From UHGV virus genome UHGV-0125022: 18,842 bases of DNA. The stretch is one strand, 5' to 3'. Under the pieces are notes generated by a model. It had not been told where the DNA came from. It worked only from the letters and a program-made list of their open reading frames with translations, and searched no databases. The translations under genes and the position numbers were made by a program. The stretch comes from a virus. This document shows, one piece after another, positions 1-6,104 of the stretch. How positions within the stretch are numbered: the first letter of the stretch is position 1; each line of letters opens with the position of its first letter.

Positions 1-16
1 CGAGCGACATTGCTCC

Positions 17-44
17 GTGTATTCACTCGTTGGAATGAATACAC
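17..44. repeat. Perfect 9-bp inverted repeat (GTGTATTCA ... TGAATACAC, 10-nt spacer) just beyond the 3' end of the leftward 67-aa ORF
   Basis: Arms are exact reverse complements, read directly from the sequence. No flanking T-tract, so terminator function is unproven. Confidence 0.5.
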
Positions 45-49
45 AGTGC

Positions 50-250
50 TTATTCGCGAGCTTTGAGCATTGCGTCTGCAAACTTATATGCAGCGCTTGC
101 TGCATAATTAACAGCTCCATCAGAATCATTATCGATAATCGATGGATTGCTAATCATTGCTTGCATAGCCTTTGCCGCGAAGTAATCACGTAATGTCGCA
201 TCACTTGCCATTTCTGGGCGTTTGATATCTGCTTCATAAAACTCGCACAT
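50..250 (-). CDS. Hypothetical small protein (about 66 aa), distal gene of the leftward early (pL) operon
   Basis: ORF track 50..253 minus. ATG at 250-248 overlaps the upstream stop as TGATG. GGAGGT Shine-Dalgarno a few nt upstream. No recognisable motif. Confidence 0.5.
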   Translation of the reverse strand: MCEFYEADIKRPEMASDATLRDYFAAKAMQAMISNPSIIDNDSDGAVNYAASAAYKFADAMLKARE

Positions 251-501
251 CACTCACCTCCAAGAGCTTTGCTGATTGCTGACAGTGCTTTCGATACTTC
301 ATCAGGATAATGGTCATTCAATTTTTGCTTGTATGCCTTGTTTAGCATCGCTTGCAGAGCTTCGAGCAAATCAGGAGCTGCCTCCATCAATCTCACATCA
401 TCTCGATGGATGGTTGTATCGTCAAACGTGAAATAAACCCCATCATCGTTAAATCCAGCGCCAACAACATTCCATGGCCTTTTCATTCTTCCTACTGTCA
501 T
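250..501 (-). CDS. Hypothetical small protein (83 aa), leftward early operon
   Basis: ORF track. GAGGTG Shine-Dalgarno 5 nt upstream of the ATG. Stop overlaps the next start. Confidence 0.5.
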   Translation of the reverse strand: MTVGRMKRPWNVVGAGFNDDGVYFTFDDTTIHRDDVRLMEAAPDLLEALQAMLNKAYKQKLNDHYPDEVSKALSAISKALGGE

Positions 502-540
502 TATTCACCTCTGTGTATTTATGCCAAAAATAAAGGCCGA

Positions 541-855
541 CTATGTGGCTTTATATCTGCGCACTGAAATAATTGGGCAGTGTGTAATTCCAGCAGTCTT
601 TTCCCATCTCAACAATGGGATGCGGAATACTTCGAACTCCACCTTCCCGATATGGTCGTTTTGGAAATCCTTTTTCCCCACCAACCAAACCTTTTCAAAT
701 CTACGCTCTATAAGGAAAGCTGATGACCATCCATATTTAGAACCAGCTTTTAACGCTTCCTTTTTTGTCGGAAAGGTTGTAACAATGGAAATTATCTCAT
801 CAACTCGGAGACTTAAAAGATTATTGTCTTTAAAGCTAATTCCGTTCGACGCCAT
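541..855 (-). CDS. Hypothetical protein (104 aa), leftward early operon
   Basis: ORF track. GAGGGA Shine-Dalgarno about 7 nt upstream of the ATG. Same strand as the operon, which is why it is preferred over the overlapping plus-strand ORF 521..895. Confidence 0.45.
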   Translation of the reverse strand: MASNGISFKDNNLLSLRVDEIISIVTTFPTKKEALKAGSKYGWSSAFLIERRFEKVWLVGKKDFQNDHIGKVEFEVFRIPLLRWEKTAGITHCPIISVRRYKAT

Positions 856-918
856 AATTCATCCCTCATACAGTGGTTTGCTGCCAAAACAATGAACCAT
901 CCGGAAATTCCAGATAGT

Positions 919-1143
919 TCATAATTCACTCTTCAATACTTCCAACTTACTAATCGCCGATAGATATCCGCGCTGATAGGGCATCATCATTCCTTCGAGC
1001 TTGCCACTTCTTAACTCATCCCTGAGCAATTGTATTGCTTGATCAATAACCTCTGCCTTAGCGTCCTTTATGGCTTGCTTGCGGGGCTTTGCTTTCTGCT
1101 TTGGCAGATTTCTCAAGCATGATGGTATGTATGTCTGATTCAT
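919..1143 (-). CDS. Hypothetical small protein (about 74 aa) immediately downstream of N
   Basis: ORF track 919..1146. ATG at 1143-1141 sits directly after the N stop (TAA GTG ATG) with GAGGT upstream. Confidence 0.5.
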   Translation of the reverse strand: MNQTYIPSCLRNLPKQKAKPRKQAIKDAKAEVIDQAIQLLRDELRSGKLEGMMMPYQRGYLSAISKLEVLKSEL

Positions 1144-1146
1144 CAC

Positions 1147-1530
1147 TTACCTCGCTGTCAGTTGTTTTGATTTCCTGTAGCCTGCCGCGTAAATGGCTAC
1201 GTTTGGAAGACATACACCAGTTTCTGGTTGCTTATGTCCAAACTCATTCGCGTACACAATGGCCGCTCGCTCCAGATTGCGTCTGTATTCTTTCTGTTGC
1301 CAGATCACGTCCTGTGCCATGAACTTAATTGGCTTAGCGTCTTCTATGCGCTCAGGCGTTTCGTGAGTACCTTTAGCCTGAATCTGCGATCTGCTTAGAG
1401 TAGGGCGGTGTAATACTTCTGAACTTATTGCTTCTTCGCGGGCCAGTACGCCGTTAGCTAATGCCTTTGCCTTTAAACGCTCACGACGACGAGAACGTGA
1501 ATTGCCTTTGAACTGAGTTCTGCGTGTCAT
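1147..1530 (-). CDS. N: Transcription antitermination protein N (P22 gp24-like)
   Basis: N-terminal arginine-rich motif (RSRRRERLKAKA). C-terminus CLPNVAIYAAGYRKSKQLTAR resembles the P22 N C-terminus as I recall it. AGGAGG Shine-Dalgarno 6 nt upstream. Sits downstream of a boxB hairpin on the same strand. Confidence 0.8.
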   Translation of the reverse strand: MTRRTQFKGNSRSRRRERLKAKALANGVLAREEAISSEVLHRPTLSRSQIQAKGTHETPERIEDAKPIKFMAQDVIWQQKEYRRNLERAAIVYANEFGHKQPETGVCLPNVAIYAAGYRKSKQLTAR

Positions 1531-1791
1531 ATAGACCTCCTGATGAACTTTGGTGGTGTGGTGGCTGGTAGTCTAGCTCCAGCTTGTTGAGTCTCATTCG
1601 GAGGGGTATAACCGGCACCCCAGTGATTTTTCCATGCGACAACGTGCGCGTTATGGCGGCCTTATCGCCCGCGGCTCCCCATCTCGTCCACGCTATTGCT
1701 AGCGTTGGGAGCGCTTCACCGCTCAACAGTAGGTAAGCACTTGCCAGTGACTAGCTGGCTTCACCACACCCCAAAGTTCACTTTGGTTATT

Positions 1792-1806
1792 GCGCTTTGT
1801 CAGCGC
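1792..1806 (-). promoter_or_regulatory. nutL boxB hairpin (GCGCUGACAAAGCGC on the leftward transcript)
   Basis: 5-bp stem GCGCU/AGCGC with GACAA loop, the same loop as the nutR boxB at 4828-4842. No canonical boxA (CGCTCTT) found upstream of it. Confidence 0.6.
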
Positions 1807-1859
1807 CGTAGATTCATATTCGAATCGTTGTATATTCACCGCCCTGGTGAGTAGTGCGT

Positions 1860-1935
1860 CCTGCTGATGGGCAAACTTTATCGGAATGATAAATTAATGG
1901 CAATAGCAAAATGATAAATTCTTTTGATTTTCAAA
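1860..1935 (-). promoter_or_regulatory. Putative OL/pL region: repeated TGATAAAT operator-like motifs with a candidate leftward promoter (-35 TTGCCA, -10 TAAAGT)
   Basis: TGATAAAT at 1887-1894 and 1912-1919; the same motif recurs in the cI-cro intergenic region. Promoter hexamers are a by-eye assignment. Confidence 0.35.
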
Positions 1936-2104
1936 TATCGTATTGATTCTTATGGTGTTTTATTTTGTTGTAGGAATTCGACAGGATAAATAAAGAGATT
2001 TGAGGGAGATCTGGATTGCGTGGTTTAGCAAGTTGTATCAATCAGTTTTTCAATAAATACAATGAGTTATGTTTTTTAGGTGGGGGATCGAGAGGCAAAG
2101 AAAA

Positions 2105-2128
2105 CCCGGCGCTGAGGCCGGGTGAGAT
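2105..2128 (-). terminator. Rho-independent terminator closing the minus-strand cI cargo operon
   Basis: Minus strand reads CCCGGCCUCAGCGCCGGG (6-bp GC stem) followed by UUUUCUUUG, immediately after the stop of the 310-aa ORF. Confidence 0.6.
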
Positions 2129-2129
2129 A

Positions 2130-3062
2130 TTAAAGAACCGATTTAACAAGATGGTTTTTACGGTACAGACCTATGCGATCATTGTGAATCTCAGTAGTCT
2201 CCACTAAAAGAGAAACAATCTGTCCGACCTTGTGTTTTTTTTGTATTAAATCTAGCATTTCAATCGGATAGGAAGCCTTTAAATGTTCACCACCAACATC
2301 AAGCTCCAGCTTCCCATATTTGGATAGAACGACCAGTTCGCCTGTAACCGTTTCAGTAATGGGAGGTGATGAAATGGTTGATGTAAGTCTACTCACCAAG
2401 TACTTAATTTTATTGGAGTCAATAGTTACCACCTTGGTGCCATTACTAAATGGACCGGTCCAACTTGCATCAAATGTTAAGTTGTGTTTATCGCATTCCT
2501 CTACGATTCTCTTAAGGCTTACAGTGGAATTGTATCCAATTTCAGCGACGTGATTCATGAAGTTGTTGTCGTCATCGCTTAACAACAAATCGAATATGCC
2601 TTTTACAGCCTTGCTGGGTACTGTTTCTACTAATTCTGCTATTCCTGTAGAGAAGGTGACGCCCAATTTTGTAGACCCAGGGGATAAATCAGCCAGCCTG
2701 AGGTTTAAGGAGCTTTTCACGTCGTAGGGAACTTTTTTTGAGTCCTTGCCTGAGGCAATTTTGTGTGTTGCTCTTTGTATTAGCGCTGCAAGATTTGTTG
2801 AAATAGCCCCAAGCAGCTCTAAAGGAATAGAGCCAAAGTCAACCTCAGAGCCTTTCAGCCGCAGCTCAAAAAAATCGATAAGTGGGTGCCGACTATCTTG
2901 CTTTAATTTTTCGGCCTTCAAATCGCTCAGATGAGAATCCATGGAGCGATAAAGAAGCATGTCAGCAAAGGACCTGGTTTTGTTTTGCTTCATTGCATCG
3001 ACTTCTTTTTGAATGAAATCAATGCGTTTATCGCAATTTTTAAACATTGATTTATCATTCAT
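2130..3062 (-). CDS. Hypothetical 310-aa protein, distal gene of the two-gene module downstream of cI; candidate superinfection-exclusion or defence effector
   Basis: Long ORF with GAGGA Shine-Dalgarno 8 nt upstream. Start overlaps the upstream stop as ATGA. AT-rich. No motif I can assign. Confidence 0.7.
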   Translation of the reverse strand: MNDKSMFKNCDKRIDFIQKEVDAMKQNKTRSFADMLLYRSMDSHLSDLKAEKLKQDSRHPLIDFFELRLKGSEVDFGSIPLELLGAISTNLAALIQRATHKIASGKDSKKVPYDVKSSLNLRLADLSPGSTKLGVTFSTGIAELVETVPSKAVKGIFDLLLSDDDNNFMNHVAEIGYNSTVSLKRIVEECDKHNLTFDASWTGPFSNGTKVVTIDSNKIKYLVSRLTSTISSPPITETVTGELVVLSKYGKLELDVGGEHLKASYPIEMLDLIQKKHKVGQIVSLLVETTEIHNDRIGLYRKNHLVKSVL

Positions 3063-3538
3063 AAAAAAATCCTCACTAACCCTTTCGGGTTTTCACTGCG
3101 ATCAAAACCAAACCAACCGCGCCAGTAGCTACGCCAGTACTCATAATCATAGTTAGGGTCATCTAAATTCTTCATGAGTAGTAGGACATCAATTTTGTAG
3201 TTTTGTTTGATGTAGTTTCGGTCAAGCAAATTATCGACGCGGCCCCGAAGCATGACAGGTATTGAGTTTATATTGCTATAGTCACATACCAACAAAATAT
3301 CAATATCATCAGGCTCTGGTTTAGACGTGGTGTATGAACCATCAACCCATATTTCTGTAAAACAGCCATATTGAGCAGATAATTCTCGAATAGATTCGAG
3401 TAGCTGTATAAAATTACAGTATAGCATGCCTCGCCTGGATGATGAAGGAAAGCAATCGACACAATACGATTTTAATCCAGCTTCATCCATGTCATGGAAC
3501 CCTGGCTCAAACAGGGGTGGGTAATTAATTTTATCCAT
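3059..3538 (-). CDS. Minimal nucleotidyltransferase (Pol-beta superfamily, MNT-like) fold protein, 159 aa
   Basis: WVDGSYTTSKPEPDDIDILLV matches the hG[GS]-x9-13-Dh[DE]h nucleotidyltransferase signature. A further Asp-bearing strand KIDVLLL lies downstream. AAGG Shine-Dalgarno upstream. Confidence 0.65.
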   Translation of the reverse strand: MDKINYPPLFEPGFHDMDEAGLKSYCVDCFPSSSRRGMLYCNFIQLLESIRELSAQYGCFTEIWVDGSYTTSKPEPDDIDILLVCDYSNINSIPVMLRGRVDNLLDRNYIKQNYKIDVLLLMKNLDDPNYDYEYWRSYWRGWFGFDRSENPKGLVRIFL

Positions 3539-3737
3539 AAAAAACCTTGCTATACATTTGTTTTTTTATTAAAAATCTAACCACCGAAATGGTGACGGCA
3601 AGATGTTACATGGGGTTACAATCAGCCAATACACCGCATTAAATAATTTTTTCACCAGCTATGCGCCGACCAGAACACCTTGCCCATCACCCAAACGTCT
3701 CTTCAGGCCACTGGCTATCAGCTATGGGACGATGAAG

Positions 3738-4442
3738 TCACGAACTTTTCAGCCACTCCCTTGCCTCGATGTCATCCAGATGGCGAGATTGCTTCAGAAT
3801 ACCAGCCACATACTCCACCTTTGCTACTTGATGATAAGGCAACGTTATTGGCCTGTGGTCTTGGTTGATGCTTGTAAATTGGTATTCTCCATCTCTGTCA
3901 TAGCCAAGAACCTTAATCATGTTGTGTCCTTCAACGGTTCTGACAAACACCTCATCACCCGGGAATACTTTGGTGTTAGGCTCAATGAGTACATATTCTC
4001 CTGATTTTATTCTAGGCCACATGCTGTCTCCTTTCACACGAAGGCCAAAGGCATCTGGATCATCGCTATAAATTTTGAGCCACCCATCGCGCTCTTCGGT
4101 CATCTCGATGGCACCATCAACACCAAGAATTGCCTCACCAACCACGCGCACTAACCCTTTTCTTACCTGACCGACAAAAGTTAAAGAATCTGAGCATGAT
4201 GCAATTGGTGTTACATCATGTACCAAATCAAGCCACCCATTAGGTAACCCAAGTGCGGCTTCAAATTTTCTTGCTAGTTTATCCCCTATGTTTCGAGTGC
4301 TTTTTTCACCGGAGACTTGCGTGAGTTGAGAAGGGCTAACCCCAAGCTTATCGGCAAAGCTTGCATTAGTGTTACCCGCGATTTTTTTATGCTCATCTAG
4401 CAAAAACGCCAGATTCGATTTGCGAATATCTTTGTTTTCCAT
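3738..4442 (-). CDS. cI: CI-type prophage repressor (N-terminal HTH plus C-terminal S24/LexA-like autopeptidase domain)
   Basis: 234-aa protein with an HTH-like N-terminus and C-terminal S24-type domain (GDSMWPRIKSGEYVLIE, then a downstream Lys). Divergent from cro across an operator-rich intergenic region. Confidence 0.9.
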   Translation of the reverse strand: MENKDIRKSNLAFLLDEHKKIAGNTNASFADKLGVSPSQLTQVSGEKSTRNIGDKLARKFEAALGLPNGWLDLVHDVTPIASCSDSLTFVGQVRKGLVRVVGEAILGVDGAIEMTEERDGWLKIYSDDPDAFGLRVKGDSMWPRIKSGEYVLIEPNTKVFPGDEVFVRTVEGHNMIKVLGYDRDGEYQFTSINQDHRPITLPYHQVAKVEYVAGILKQSRHLDDIEAREWLKSS

Positions 4443-4555
4443 CTCACAATTTTCCCTCTATTTAGCAAATGGATAAATACGCAATATGATAAATTTACAT
4501 TGCGGTTGATTTATCAAAATGGTAAAGTTATTCTGTATGATAAACGGAGGCACTA
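4443..4555. promoter_or_regulatory. OR region with divergent pRM/pR promoters; repeated GATAAA(T) operator-like motifs
   Basis: GATAAAT at 4472, TGATAAAT at 4487-4494, its inverse ATTTATCA at 4509-4516, and TGATAAAC at 4538. Lies between the divergent cI and cro starts. Confidence 0.6.
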
Positions 4556-4789
4556 ATGAGTAATGAACTACTACGCTGGCGAAAAGAGGCTTCTAGTGAG
4601 GAATGGAAGCGACTCGCCGCATTAGCGAAAACTTCAGTTGGCTATCTTGACCAGATTGCATATGGATTTCGAAGAGCTTCCCCTGATAAAGCGAATGCAA
4701 TCGAAGAAGCTACTCGTAATTTCACGGCCTATAAACCCGTGAAAAAGGAAAACCTGGTGTTCGTATCGCGTAGAGCATCAGCAGCATAA
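4556..4789 (+). CDS. cro: Cro-like transcriptional regulator
   Basis: 77-aa protein divergent from cI. ACGGAGG Shine-Dalgarno. Position and size are typical of cro. Confidence 0.75.
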   Translation: MSNELLRWRKEASSEEWKRLAALAKTSVGYLDQIAYGFRRASPDKANAIEEATRNFTAYKPVKKENLVFVSRRASAA

Positions 4790-4796
4790 GTAACAC

Positions 4797-4842
4797 CGCT
4801 CTTTTCACAATGGACATTCGTCCTACGTCGCTGACAAAGCGA
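4797..4842 (+). promoter_or_regulatory. nutR: boxA (CGCTCTTTT, 4797-4805) and boxB hairpin (UCGCUGACAAAGCGA, 4828-4842)
   Basis: boxA matches the CGCTCTT consensus. boxB is a 5-bp stem with GACAA loop, paralogous to the nutL hairpin. Located just after the cro stop. Confidence 0.7.
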
Positions 4843-4927
4843 GCCCCAAGATATCTGACCAACTAAGGTCATATGAGTTTCCACGCATACCTTTCAACTA
4901 ACTATTCACTATTGGAAATATTAAGAA

Positions 4928-5224
4928 ATGACACAAGCAAGTTACAGCAAGCCAACACAGCGAGAAATTGATCGCGCTGAAACTGATTTACTCATCAACC
5001 TGTCAACGCTTACCCAGCGCGGTTTGGCAAAGATGATTGGCTGTCATGAATCGAAGATAAGCAGAACGGACTGGAGGTTTATTGCTTCGGTCTTGTGTGC
5101 TTTCGGAATGGCATCAGACATCAGTCCGATTAGTAGGGCTTTTAAGTATGCGCTTGATGAAATCACAAAGAAAAAATCCCCGGCCGCCACCGAGGATTTT
5201 AAGCAAATTGATATGCAATTCTGA
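4928..5224 (+). CDS. cII: CII-like transcriptional activator
   Basis: C-terminal KKKSPAATEDFKQIDMQF resembles the lambda CII C-terminus as recalled (KKRPAATERSEQIQMEF). Position between cro and O. Confidence 0.8.
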   Translation: MTQASYSKPTQREIDRAETDLLINLSTLTQRGLAKMIGCHESKISRTDWRFIASVLCAFGMASDISPISRAFKYALDEITKKKSPAATEDFKQIDMQF

Positions 5225-5256
5225 GGTAATTACTGGATCAATCCACAGGAGTCATT

Positions 5257-6102
5257 ATGACAAATACAGCAAAAATACTCAACTTCGGCAGAGGTAACTT
5301 TGCCGAACAGGAGCTAAGAGTGGCTGATATCGATGATGGTTACACCAGATTCGCTAACGAGCTGCTGGAAGCTATCGCAAGTGCCGATTTAACCGCTCGC
5401 CAGTTGAAAGTTATGCTGGCCTACGTCCGGAAAACATATGGATTCAATAAGAAAACAGATCGAATAGCCGATGAGCAAATTGCTCAGTTAACAGGACTAT
5501 CAAGGCAGAATGTTAACAAGGCTAAAAAAGAACTGATTTCAATGAATTGCCTGTTTATGGATGGAAATCAAATCGGTGTAGACAGGGAGGTATCTGCGTG
5601 GCAATTCAGCAAGTGTCTCCAAGTTAGCAACTTTGTCTCGAAGTTAGAGACAAAAAATGTCTCCAAATTAGAGACACTCAATGTCTCGAAGTTAGAGACA
5701 CACAAAAGACATTCTTTAAAGACAAAAGAAAATATTAATAAACCCCCTATATCCCCCAAAAAAATTTCTCAGAAGTTCGACCCGCTAGAAACAGAGTTGC
5801 CTGATTGGTTATCGGCAGAAACATGGTTGTCGTGGGTTACCTATCGCAAGGAGATAGGTAAGTCGATCAAGTCTAAGCAAAGCGTCACTCAGGCTATCAA
5901 CGTTCTAAGCAGAAGTCTGGAGAAGGGATATACACCTGAAGAAATTATAAACCAGAGCATCGCCAGTGGTTGGCAGGGGATTTTTGAACCCAAGACTCCA
6001 AAGGGGAAATCTCAACCGAGGCCGCAGCAGCGAGCTATGCAGGAAAACTTTGCCGCCAAAGATTACGGGCAAACTGAAATGCCTTCATGGGCGCAGGAGT
6101 GA
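5257..6102 (+). CDS. O: Replication initiator O (lambda O-like N-terminal domain)
   Basis: N-terminus MTNTAKILNFGRGNFA...DDGY matches lambda O as recalled. Internal repeat peptide VSKLET x3 is encoded by the origin iterons. Confidence 0.9.
   Translation: MTNTAKILNFGRGNFAEQELRVADIDDGYTRFANELLEAIASADLTARQLKVMLAYVRKTYGFNKKTDRIADEQIAQLTGLSRQNVNKAKKELISMNCLFMDGNQIGVDREVSAWQFSKCLQVSNFVSKLETKNVSKLETLNVSKLETHKRHSLKTKENINKPPISPKKISQKFDPLETELPDWLSAETWLSWVTYRKEIGKSIKSKQSVTQAINVLSRSLEKGYTPEEIINQSIASGWQGIFEPKTPKGKSQPRPQQRAMQENFAAKDYGQTEMPSWAQE
5614..5745. repeat. Origin of replication inside O: four about 19-bp palindromic iterons (TGTCTCnAAnTTAGAGACA; one degenerate) at 24-bp period, then an AT-rich tract
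   Basis: Iterons at 5614-5632 (degenerate), 5634-5652, 5658-5676 and 5682-5700. AT-rich ACAAAAGACATTCTTTAAAGACAAAAGAAAATATTAATAAA follows. Same architecture as lambda ori. Confidence 0.8.
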
Positions 6103-6104
6103 AT

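Noticed and set aside
521-895. Plus-strand ORF of 124 aa overlapping the minus-strand ORF 541..855
   Set aside because: Opposite in orientation to the surrounding leftward operon. The minus-strand ORF has a good Shine-Dalgarno; the plus-strand ORF has no obvious promoter or ribosome-binding context.
1481-1726. Minus-strand ORF of 81 aa across the N leader and N start
   Set aside because: Overlaps the N initiation region out of frame. The leader is better explained as structured untranslated RNA.
1555-1770. Possibility that the GC-rich block upstream of N is a tRNA, retron ncRNA or other RNA gene
   Set aside because: No tRNA-like T-arm or anticodon-arm pattern seen, and no reverse transcriptase gene nearby. 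Retained only as a structured N leader in the findings.
2130-3062. Possible HEPN-type Rx4H motif (YRSMDSH) near the N-terminus of the 310-aa protein, which would make the pair a HepT/MNT-like toxin-antitoxin
   Set aside because: A single Rx4H occurrence is expected by chance in a protein of this size, and the protein is far longer than typical HEPN toxins. Left as a hypothesis for structure prediction only.
3603-4004. Plus-strand ORFs 3603..4004 and 3680..3868 overlapping the 3' part of cI
   Set aside because: Antisense to the strongly supported cI gene. No independent support.
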